A stretch of DNA of 64,000 nt, from NCBI GenBank assembly GCA_020852815.1, contig JADZAN010000015.1, positions 70,840-134,839 on the forward strand, read 5' to 3'. The position numbers and the translations under genes are program-made. The number at the start of each line of letters is the position of its first letter. Position 1 is the first letter of the stretch. The notes below the pieces were generated by a model, which did not search any database, was not told where the DNA came from, and worked only from the letters and a program-made list of their open reading frames with translations. This DNA comes from Gemmatimonadaceae bacterium (lineage in GTDB: Bacteria > Gemmatimonadota > Gemmatimonadetes > Gemmatimonadales > Gemmatimonadaceae). Below are positions 37,290 through 45,148 of this stretch, in pieces.

Positions 37290-38627
37290 ATGTCTCACGA
37301 TCGCGACCAGCTGCTGCGCGTGGGGATGTCGCCGCACCAGGCATCGGCCAAGGCGGCGATGCTCACGCAGTGCGACGCCGCGCTCGACGCCATCGGCGCC
37401 ACCAACCAGCGCCACTCCGTCTGGGTGCCCGGGCGCATCGAGATGCTTGGCAAGCACACGGACTATGCGGGCGGCCGTTCGCTCCTGTGCACGGTCGAAC
37501 GTGGCTTTGCCGTGCGCGTTGCGCTGCGCCACGATGCCACCATTCGCGCGGTGGACGTTGCCACGGGGAGCAGCTGCCAGACCGCGCTCGACCCCGAAAC
37601 GCGCGCTGAGCCGGGCGATTGGTCCAACTACGTTGCCACCGTGGCGCGCCGCCTGGCCCGCAACTTTCCGTCGGCACGGCTGGGCGTGGACCTCGCGTTC
37701 GCCTCGGACCTGCCCATCGCGGCGGGAATGAGTTCGTCGAGCGCGTTGATGATCGCCGTCTTCGTGGCCCTGGCCAAGAGCAACGACCTGCGCTCGAGCG
37801 AGGAGTTCCGCAACGCGATCTTCTCGCGTGAGGAGCTGGCGTCGTACCTGGGGACGGTGGAGAACGGGGAGTCGTTCCGCACGCTCGAGGGGGACGCGGG
37901 GGTGGGGACATTTGGCGGAAGCCAGGATCACACGGCGATCATGTGCGCCGAGGCGGGACATATCGTCCAGTACTCGTTCGCCCCCGTTAGGCGCGAGGCG
38001 GCCTACACGCTCCCGCCCACGCACACCTTTGTGGTGGGGGCGAGCGGCGTCCTGGCCGAGAAGACCGCCGGGGCGCGCGAGTCGTACAACCGCGCCGCGC
38101 GGCTGGTGCGGCACCTGCTCGCGCAGTGGAACGCGACCACTGGGCGCAGCGACGCCACGCTCGCCGACGCCGCGCGCAGCGGCGCCGACGCGCCCAATCG
38201 GCTGCGCGCGGTCGCGCAGGCGTCGGGAACGGCGGAGCTTCCCGCGTCGGCGTTAGGCAACCGACTGGAGCAGTTCCTCCTCGAGAGCTTCGAACTCATC
38301 CCGCAGGCCGCGGCGATCCTCGCACGCGGGAGCGTCCACGAACTCGGCTCCGTGGTGGACCGCTCGCAGGAGGCGGCGGAGCGCTGGCTGGGGAACCAGA
38401 TCCCCGAGACGGTGGCGTTGGCGCGTCTGGCGCGCCAGCTCGGCGCGACCGCGGCCTCGGCATTCGGCGCCGGCTTTGGCGGGAGTGTGTGGGCATTGGT
38501 TCCCGTGGGCGACGCGCGCGACTTCATGGTATCGTGGAGCGAGCACTACGCCGCGGAGTTCCCGTCAGCTGCCGAGCGTGCCGTTTTCTTCGCGTCACCG
38601 GCCGGGCCCGGGGCGCAGCAGTTCTGA
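37290..38627 (+). CDS. GHMP-family sugar-1-kinase (galactokinase-like, long form)
   Basis: Galactokinase signature VWVPGRIEMLGKHTDYAGG. GHMP ATP motif LPIAAGMSSSSALM. 445 aa. Lies 17 nt after the nucleotidyltransferase stop. Confidence 0.82.
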   Translation: MSHDRDQLLRVGMSPHQASAKAAMLTQCDAALDAIGATNQRHSVWVPGRIEMLGKHTDYAGGRSLLCTVERGFAVRVALRHDATIRAVDVATGSSCQTALDPETRAEPGDWSNYVATVARRLARNFPSARLGVDLAFASDLPIAAGMSSSSALMIAVFVALAKSNDLRSSEEFRNAIFSREELASYLGTVENGESFRTLEGDAGVGTFGGSQDHTAIMCAEAGHIVQYSFAPVRREAAYTLPPTHTFVVGASGVLAEKTAGARESYNRAARLVRHLLAQWNATTGRSDATLADAARSGADAPNRLRAVAQASGTAELPASALGNRLEQFLLESFELIPQAAAILARGSVHELGSVVDRSQEAAERWLGNQIPETVALARLARQLGATAASAFGAGFGGSVWALVPVGDARDFMVSWSEHYAAEFPSAAERAVFFASPAGPGAQQF

Positions 38628-38705
38628 GGAGTGCGCCGGGGGGGCGGGGGCACGATGTTAGGCGTGCGGGGGCTGGCTTTGGTGCGCCGTTCGTGACTCA
38701 CAAAT

Positions 38706-38802
38706 GCTTTTCACCACGGAGGCACGGAGGGGGAAGAGGTGAACGCGACAGTCGGCGCGCCAGACGTCCTCCTCCGTGCCTCCGTGGTAAAGCAGTTGAT
38801 CT
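38706..38802 (+). repeat. Repeat family 2, copy 1 (long inverted-repeat element)
   Basis: TTTCACCACGGAGGCACGGAGGGGGAAG, a variable core of about 35 nt, then CTCCTCCGTGCCTCCGTGGTAAAGCAGTTGATCT. The arms can form a stem of about 18 bp. Confidence 0.85.
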
Positions 38803-38821
38803 TTTTCTCGTAGCCGCGCGA

Positions 38822-38880
38822 CCTCGTCTTCCCGTCCCCAGCTTTCGCTGGGGCAGGCTTCTCGTCTTCTCGTCTTCTCC
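38822..38880 (+). repeat. Repeat family 1, locus C
   Basis: CCTCGTCTTCCCGT, hairpin CCCCAGCTTTCGCTGGGG (38836-38853), then CAGGCTTCTCGTCTTCTCGTCTTCTCC. Ends 3 nt before ATG 38884. Confidence 0.85.
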
Positions 38881-38883
38881 CAT

Positions 38884-40266
38884 ATGTCTGATCATCCGAC
38901 CCGCCGCGACCTCCTCAAGGGCGCGGCCCTCGCCTCCGCCGGCCTCGTGCTTGGCAGCAACGCCACCTTCGCACAGGGGGCGAGTGCTGCAGCTGACGGA
39001 ACCGTCGACCTCGTCACCGGGAGCACAACGGGCGCCTCGAGCATGGTGGGCGTTCCGTTCGAGAAGCGCGAGACGGTGCGCATCGCCATTGTCGGGACGG
39101 GGCTGCGGGGGCGGTCGGTGCTGCACGAGTTGCTCGGCGTTCCCAACGTGCGCATCACCGCGCTGTGCGACACCGTCCCCGCGAAGATCGACATGGCGGT
39201 GCAGCAGATGCGAAAGGGGGGGCACGACTACGAGCCGGCGCGCTTCAGCAATGGACCCGATGCCTTCCGCGACCTCGTGAAGCGCGACGACATCGACATC
39301 GTCTACACGGCCACCCCGTGGGAATTCCACGTCCCCGTGGTGCTGACGGCGATGGAAGCCGGGAAGCACGCCGCCACCGAGGTCCCCGCCGCCTATTCGC
39401 TCGAGGATTGCTGGAAGCTCGTCGACACGTCGGAGCGCACGCGGCGGCACTGCCTCATGATGGAGAACTGCAACTACGGCTACAACGAGTTGCTCGTGCT
39501 CCAGATGGTGAAGAGCGGCGCCTTTGGCGAGTTGAAGCACGCCGGCGCCGCGTACAACCACGACCTGCGCGCGATACTCTTCGAGAACCGCGACGAGGGA
39601 CTCTGGCGCCGGCGCCATCACACGCTGCGCAACAGCAACCTGTATCCCACGCACGGACTCGGCCCCGTCGCCTTCATGCTCGGCATCAACCGTGGCGACG
39701 CGTTCGACTACCTCGTGTCGATGAGCACGCCGGAGTTAGGGCTCTCCAAGTGGCGCAAGGACCACGTGCCCGCCAGCTCGCCAACATGGCAGGAGCAGTA
39801 CAAGACGGGCGACCTCAATACCTCGCTGGTCAAGACGGCCAAGGGGCGCACGATCCGCCTCGAGCACGACGTCGCCTCGCCGCGCCCCTACTCGCGCATC
39901 AACTCGATCCAGGGGACCAACGGCATCTTCGAGGACTACCCGCCGCGCATCTACATCGAGGGAACGGGCGAGGAAGATCGCTGGACGACGATCGACGCCT
40001 ACAAGGCAAGGTACGAGCACCCGCTGTGGCGCGAGCTGGGCGAGCAGGCGCGCAGCGGCGGGCACGGCGGCATGGACTACGTGATGGCCTATCGCCTGGT
40101 GCAATGCATGCGCGAGGGGCTTACGCCCGACTTCGACGTCTACGACGCGGCCGCGTGGTCCGCACCGGGCCCATTGAGCGAGATGTCAGTCGCCAAGGGA
40201 AGCGCGCCGATGAAGTTCCCCGACTTCACGCGCGGAAAGTGGCGCGAGGCGCGCGCATCGCTGTGA
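38884..40266 (+). CDS. Tat-exported Gfo/Idh/MocA-family NAD(P) oxidoreductase (GH109-like)
   Basis: Tat signal MSDHPTRRDLLKGAALASAGLVLG. Rossmann motif VRIAIVGTGLRGRS. ..AATEVPAA..CLMMENCNYGYNE. The length (460 aa) and Tat leader resemble GH109-type enzymes (recalled, unverified). Confidence 0.8.
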   Translation: MSDHPTRRDLLKGAALASAGLVLGSNATFAQGASAAADGTVDLVTGSTTGASSMVGVPFEKRETVRIAIVGTGLRGRSVLHELLGVPNVRITALCDTVPAKIDMAVQQMRKGGHDYEPARFSNGPDAFRDLVKRDDIDIVYTATPWEFHVPVVLTAMEAGKHAATEVPAAYSLEDCWKLVDTSERTRRHCLMMENCNYGYNELLVLQMVKSGAFGELKHAGAAYNHDLRAILFENRDEGLWRRRHHTLRNSNLYPTHGLGPVAFMLGINRGDAFDYLVSMSTPELGLSKWRKDHVPASSPTWQEQYKTGDLNTSLVKTAKGRTIRLEHDVASPRPYSRINSIQGTNGIFEDYPPRIYIEGTGEEDRWTTIDAYKARYEHPLWRELGEQARSGGHGGMDYVMAYRLVQCMREGLTPDFDVYDAAAWSAPGPLSEMSVAKGSAPMKFPDFTRGKWREARASL

Positions 40267-40275
40267 TTTGAACTG

Positions 40276-40379
40276 CCTTTCACCACGGAGGCACGGAGGG
40301 GGAAGTGCCGAGCGCGACCTTCAGCGCACCAAACGCACTCCTCCGTTCCTCCGTGCCTCCGTGGTAAAGCAGTTGATCT
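40276..40379 (+). repeat. Repeat family 2, copy 2
   Basis: Same arms as copy 1, with one extra TCCTCCGT unit in the right arm. Starts 10 nt after the stop at 40266. Same orientation as copy 1. Confidence 0.85.
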
Positions 40380-40427
40380 AGTTCTCTTCCGCAGCCTCCG
40401 CTCTCCCAAGTGCTTGGTACGCTCGAG

Positions 40428-41327
40428 TCAGACGTCACACGTCCGCACGCCCTCGGCGAGCGACGTCATTGGGTCGCGCTTCGGGATGAACTCCTGGCCA
40501 ATGAAGCCCGTGTACCCAAGGTCGGCGATGGCTTGCATGATGGCCGGGTAGTAGAGCTCCTGGCTCGCATCGATCTCGTTGCGCCCGGGGACCCCCGCCG
40601 TGTGGAAGTGGCCGATGGCGCCAAAGTTGTCACGGATGGTGCGGATGACATCGCCCTCCATGATCTGCATGTGGTAGATGTCGTACAGGAGCTTGAAGCG
40701 CGGGCTCCCCACCTGCCTGACGAGTTCGGCGCCCCACGGCGTGCGGTCGCACATGTAATCCTTGTGGTCGACCTTGGAGTTGAGCAGCTCCATGCACACC
40801 GTCACCCCCAGCCGCTCGGCCATCGGCGTGATGCGCTTGAGTCCGGCCACGCAGTTGGCCAACCCTTCACCGTCCGACATCCCGCCGCGGTTCCCCGAGA
40901 AGACGATCATGCTGGGGAGGCCGGCAGCTGCAACCAGCGGGAGGAGCCGCTCGCTCTCTGCCACCAGCCGATCGTGTTCGCCGGGACGGTTGAAGCCCAC
41001 GGGAATCGTGCTGGGGCCGTTGGCCATGGCGCACGTCAGGCCGTGCTGCTTTACCACTGGCCAGTCCTTCTCGCTCAACAGCTCCACCGAGCGCAACCCG
41101 ATGCGCTTGGCCGCCGCACACAGGTCGTCCAGCGGCATGCTGCTGTAGCACCACTGGCAAACGCTCTGCTTGAGGCGTCCGCCGCCGGCCAGCGGCTGCA
41201 ACGCGTGAAATGGATCGGTGGTCATGGCGACCAGCGGCGTTGCGGCAAGCGGGCCTGCCGCGAGCGCGCTCCCGGCGATCGCCGCGCCGCCGAGTGTCCT
41301 GAGGGCATCGCGTCGACTCTGCGACAT
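40428..41327 (-). CDS. Tat-exported xylose-isomerase-like TIM-barrel protein (hydroxypyruvate-isomerase-like)
   Basis: Tat signal MSQSRRDALRTLGGAAIAGSALA. ..VCMELLN..YDIYHMQIMEGD..HFHTAGVPGRNE is typical of the AP_endonuc_2 / Hyi-like fold. Confidence 0.78.
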   Translation of the reverse strand: MSQSRRDALRTLGGAAIAGSALAAGPLAATPLVAMTTDPFHALQPLAGGGRLKQSVCQWCYSSMPLDDLCAAAKRIGLRSVELLSEKDWPVVKQHGLTCAMANGPSTIPVGFNRPGEHDRLVAESERLLPLVAAAGLPSMIVFSGNRGGMSDGEGLANCVAGLKRITPMAERLGVTVCMELLNSKVDHKDYMCDRTPWGAELVRQVGSPRFKLLYDIYHMQIMEGDVIRTIRDNFGAIGHFHTAGVPGRNEIDASQELYYPAIMQAIADLGYTGFIGQEFIPKRDPMTSLAEGVRTCDV

Positions 41328-41330
41328 GGG

Positions 41331-42218
41331 CTAGAGCGCCGCCAGCGCCTTGTACGACGTCGTGATCGACGCCCACGGATCGGCCGGGTTGTCGTGCTCC
41401 ACGAAGTAGTGCTTGATCCCCGCCTCGCTGGCCTTCGCGAAGTACGAGGCAAACGGGATCTTGCCGCTCCCCACCTCGGTCATCGACCCATCGGCCTTCA
41501 TGTCTTTCACGTGCACGCAGGCGAAGCGCCCGGGGTACTTCGCGAAGTAGGCGAGCGGGTCCTTCCCTGCCTTGTTGGTCCAGAACAGGTCCATCTCGAA
41601 CTGCACGAGCTGCTTGTCGCAGCGCGCCAGCAACTCGTCGTACGGGACCTTGCCGTCGGTGAGCTGGAACTCGAAGTCGTGGTTGTGATACGCCATCTGG
41701 ATTCCGCGTTTGCGGGTCAGCGCGCCAGCCTCGTTGAGCTGGTCGGCCAGCTTGTGGTACTTGGCGATGGTGTCACGCTCGCGCACGTCCAGGTACGGCA
41801 TGATCGCGTACGTGTGCCCAATGGTCTGCAGCGCATCGAGCGCCGCGTTGGGATCCTTGAGGATGTCGCTCACCGGCATGTGAACCGCGGGCGAGGTGAG
41901 GCCGTTGGTCTTGAGCAGTTGGGCGATCTGCCTGGGGGTGCGCCCGAAGTAGCCGGCGAACTCGACCTCCTTGTAGCCGATTCCCGCGACCTTGGCCAGC
42001 GCTGCCTCGACCCCCTTCTCCATCTCGCCGCGAATGGTGTAGAGCTGCACGCCGCAGCGCTTCACCGCGACCGATGGGAGGAGGCCATCGACCAGCGCAC
42101 GCCGACCGTCAGCCGCAAGCGACGCCTGGGCCACGAGGTCGTTGAGCATGGGAGACGCGGCGAGGCCAAGGGCAGAGGCCGCGGTGATGCGCTTGAGGAC
42201 TTCTCGACGGGACGTCAC
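41331..42218 (-). CDS. Tat-exported sugar-phosphate isomerase/epimerase-like TIM-barrel protein
   Basis: I prefer GTG 42218 (V/MTSRREVLKRITAASALGLAA, a Tat motif) over the ORF-track TTG 42296. YKEVEFAGYF..MAYHNHDFEF..HVKD. The stop lies 3 nt before the next gene start. Confidence 0.75.
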   Translation of the reverse strand: MTSRREVLKRITAASALGLAASPMLNDLVAQASLAADGRRALVDGLLPSVAVKRCGVQLYTIRGEMEKGVEAALAKVAGIGYKEVEFAGYFGRTPRQIAQLLKTNGLTSPAVHMPVSDILKDPNAALDALQTIGHTYAIMPYLDVRERDTIAKYHKLADQLNEAGALTRKRGIQMAYHNHDFEFQLTDGKVPYDELLARCDKQLVQFEMDLFWTNKAGKDPLAYFAKYPGRFACVHVKDMKADGSMTEVGSGKIPFASYFAKASEAGIKHYFVEHDNPADPWASITTSYKALAAL

Positions 42219-42266
42219 GAAAGGGGCACGGAAAGGGGCACGGAAAGAGGCATGGAACGTGGCACG
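42219..42266. repeat. 12-nt tandem repeat x4 (GAAAGGGGCACG)
   Basis: GAAAGGGGCACG, GAAAGGGGCACG, GAAAGAGGCATG, GAACGTGGCACG, immediately upstream of the preferred start 42218. If TTG 42296 is used, this region would instead encode FRAPFRAPF. Confidence 0.8.
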
Positions 42267-42377
42267 GGAAGGGTGGAGTCGGGCGCCAGATGACAAAGGC
42301 GACGCCCCGGGTCAATCGTACCCCGGGACGTCGCCAAGGTCCAGCGAAATGGCTGCTGCTGCGGGCGCCGCCCGCCG

Positions 42378-43145
42378 CTACTGCGGGCGCTGCCCCTTGA
42401 GCATTGCCTGCGTCCGCTTGAGCTGCGGGTTGTCCGGCGACGCCTGCAGTCCCTTGTCGATTGCCGCCAGCGCGGCCACCGTGTCCCCCTTCTGCGCCAA
42501 CCCGATCGCGAGCTGCGACCAGGTCACCACCGACTTGGGGAAGTACTCGAGGTTCAGGTTGAGGAGCTTGATTGCGTCGTCGACGCGGCGGGCACGCGAC
42601 ATCTCCTCGGCCAGGCGCGGGAGCCCATCTTCCGAGAAGTCAAACTGCGCCTTTCCGTACGTCTTCTCGCGCAGCTCCTTGTAGCGCACGATGGCGCTGT
42701 CCGCGTCCTTCGCTTCCAGCGCGCCCAGCACCTCGGCGGCCAGCGTGCGCGGCCTTGAGGCGCCGCGATGGCACGTCTCGCACCCCACGCGCGTGCGCGC
42801 CGTGAAGGTGCGCCCGGACTGCGACAGGTACTTCTGGTTGATGTCCATCGTCATCTGGAGCATCTGTCGCGTGATCTTCTTCAGCTCCTTGTCGTCCGAG
42901 GCCGCGTCGAGCTGCTCCGGCATCTGTCCGGGGTTCTTCACCACGTGACAGTCATTGCAGCGCAACCCTAACGACGAGGTGAATCGCCGCATGACGTTGA
43001 GCAGCTCGGGGCGCGGAATGTCCTTGGGAAGGACCTGCAGGTTCTTGAACCCTTCCTGCGGTTGCGCCCCGGCAGCCGCCGGTACGGCCACCACCGGAAC
43101 GGCGACGCACAGCACGGCGAACGAACGACGAACGAATCGCAACAT
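42378..43145 (-). CDS. Dihaem c-type cytochrome (reaction-centre-cytochrome-like fold) with C-terminal TPR
   Basis: Signal peptide. Two CXXCH sites (CNDCH, CETCH). FKNLQVLPKDIP..MRRFTSSLGLRCNDCH is typical of PF02276-like cytochromes. The tail is TPR-like. Confidence 0.8.
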   Translation of the reverse strand: MLRFVRRSFAVLCVAVPVVAVPAAAGAQPQEGFKNLQVLPKDIPRPELLNVMRRFTSSLGLRCNDCHVVKNPGQMPEQLDAASDDKELKKITRQMLQMTMDINQKYLSQSGRTFTARTRVGCETCHRGASRPRTLAAEVLGALEAKDADSAIVRYKELREKTYGKAQFDFSEDGLPRLAEEMSRARRVDDAIKLLNLNLEYFPKSVVTWSQLAIGLAQKGDTVAALAAIDKGLQASPDNPQLKRTQAMLKGQRPQ

Positions 43146-43309
43146 GGCCGAACTCCTCGACTGATGGCCGCTTGAAATGAACGGCGGGCCGTACGCCGTG
43201 GGGGGAGGGGCGTCATTCTACCACCAGCGCGCCGCTGCGGCCAGTGAGGGCGCGGCGAGTGACACTACGCCCCGTGAGGGTGCGGCCGTCGACGCGGCGG
43301 CCACCCCTT

Positions 43310-45148
43310 CTAGCGAATCACCGGGCGCGTGTCTCCCGGGAGCAGCAGCTGGCGGTGCGCCCACCAGGGCGCGATCCCGTCCTTCATCACGCGCTCGTGA
43401 AAGTCGCGCAGGTTGAAGTCACGTCCCTCGCTCTCCCGCACGTCCTCGCGCAACGTCAGCAGCGCCCGCTTTCCCAGGAAGTAGCCCCCGTTGGTGGGGT
43501 CGTAGGCCACGCGCGACGCCTCCTGCATGGCCGCCGGACCGGGAACGTGCGCATTCTCCTCGAAGAACCGCGCCCCCCGTTCGATGCTCCACCCGTTGGC
43601 GTGCACATTGACGCTCACGATCAGGCGGCAGATGCGCGTCATCGACTCCGACAGCTGCGCCATTGCATAACGAGGATCGTCGGCGCGGAACCCCTGCTCC
43701 ACCACCAGGTGCTCGGCGTAGTGCGCCCATCCGTCCTGACCACTCGATGGCTGCGGGAACGGGTTCAACCCGATCCAGATGCGACGGATCTTGCCCGGCG
43801 TCTGCCGCATGAACATCGCATGGACGAAGTGTCCCGGCATCGCCTCGTGCGCCGACGTGATGGTGAGCGACGGATAGTTGAAGCGCTCGAGCCATTTGTC
43901 CTGCCGCTCGGCCGGCCACGATGGGTTGGCATCGGTGACGTAATAGATCGACCTGACCGGCGTCGTCTCCAGCGGCGGCGAGGCGTGCATCGACGCCAGC
44001 CCGATGTCGAACGGCTTGGAGGGCTCGACCATCACGCGGTCGGCGGTCGGGAGGCGCACCAGATCACGCGTCGTCACGAACTGCTGCAACTCGTCGACGA
44101 CGCGCCGCGCTGCGTCGACCAGCTCGCCGCGCCGGGGATGGTCGCGCAGCACGTCACCCCACACCGCCATGGCCTCCCGCGTCGAATCGACGGCGCGCGC
44201 TTTCTCCACGAAGAGCGCCTGCTCGGCCATGAGTTCGCGCTGGGCGATGGCGAGCATCGTGTCGGCCGGGACGTCGATCAGCTCCTCGGCGCGGTAGCGC
44301 GCCTCCACGTAGTCTCGCCCTAACGCCACGGTGCCGGTGGCGCGCGGGAGGATGGTCCGTTGATACTCGGCGATGAAGGCATCGATCGCCTCGCGCGCCT
44401 GGCGCGACTCCACCATCATCGCGTTCCACGTCTCGCCGCGCGGGGCATCGAGTGCCATCCCCAGGTCCTTCTCCAACATCCCGCTCGCCCCGCGGAACAT
44501 CGCCAGCCCACGCTCGGCGAGGATGTGCGGCGGGTTGCGAAGGTTGGCGCGTGCCGCGGCAAGGAGCGCGGGCACTTGCCGCAGCTTGGCCGTCACGCGC
44601 CGCATGCGCGCCTCGCTCGGGGCGCTCTCCATCGTCATCAGGTTGTGCACACCGTCGGCCAGCGCCGAGGCATAGACCATCGGGTTGCGCTGCCAGCTGC
44701 GCGCCACGTCGAGGTCCAGCACCCATCCGTCGATGACCCCACCCAGGATGCGGTGGTCCACGCGCTCGTCAGGCGTGAGCGAATCGACGGAGATGCGCGC
44801 CAGGCGCGCCTTCATCTCCCGGAACCAGGAGAGCTGGCGCGCGATGTTCGCTGCGGTGAAATCCTCCAGCCGGTCGTCGTGCTGGTGAATCCCGTTCCCC
44901 GCCGCGATGGAGGGATAGAAGGCCGACCATCCGTCGAGATACTCGTCGACGAGCGCCACGAAGTCGCGCGACGCCTTGGTCGAGGTGCCGTAGCCCGCGC
45001 TGCCATTCGCGCCGGAGCCGCCGTTGGCATCGCTGGCGCCGGTCGTTTCACGCCCGCTCCTCGTCCCCTCCCCGCGTCCACATCCCCCACAGGCCAGTGC
45101 GGCCGCCATTGTCACGGCCAGCACTCCCGCCCGTAGCGTTGTTCGCAT
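43310..45148 (-). CDS. DUF885-family protein (putative metallopeptidase-like), lipoprotein
   Basis: Signal peptide plus lipobox (AAALACGGC). Conserved ITSAHEAMPGHFVH motif of DUF885. The ATG directly abuts the stop of the upstream gene (45149-45151). Confidence 0.75.
   Translation of the reverse strand: MRTTLRAGVLAVTMAAALACGGCGRGEGTRSGRETTGASDANGGSGANGSAGYGTSTKASRDFVALVDEYLDGWSAFYPSIAAGNGIHQHDDRLEDFTAANIARQLSWFREMKARLARISVDSLTPDERVDHRILGGVIDGWVLDLDVARSWQRNPMVYASALADGVHNLMTMESAPSEARMRRVTAKLRQVPALLAAARANLRNPPHILAERGLAMFRGASGMLEKDLGMALDAPRGETWNAMMVESRQAREAIDAFIAEYQRTILPRATGTVALGRDYVEARYRAEELIDVPADTMLAIAQRELMAEQALFVEKARAVDSTREAMAVWGDVLRDHPRRGELVDAARRVVDELQQFVTTRDLVRLPTADRVMVEPSKPFDIGLASMHASPPLETTPVRSIYYVTDANPSWPAERQDKWLERFNYPSLTITSAHEAMPGHFVHAMFMRQTPGKIRRIWIGLNPFPQPSSGQDGWAHYAEHLVVEQGFRADDPRYAMAQLSESMTRICRLIVSVNVHANGWSIERGARFFEENAHVPGPAAMQEASRVAYDPTNGGYFLGKRALLTLREDVRESEGRDFNLRDFHERVMKDGIAPWWAHRQLLLPGDTRPVIR

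Noticed and set aside
42378-43145. Reaction-centre-cytochrome-like protein as evidence for phototrophy
   Set aside because: Only two haem sites are present, it is fused to TPR, and no puf/bch genes are nearby. The fold is widespread in non-phototrophs.
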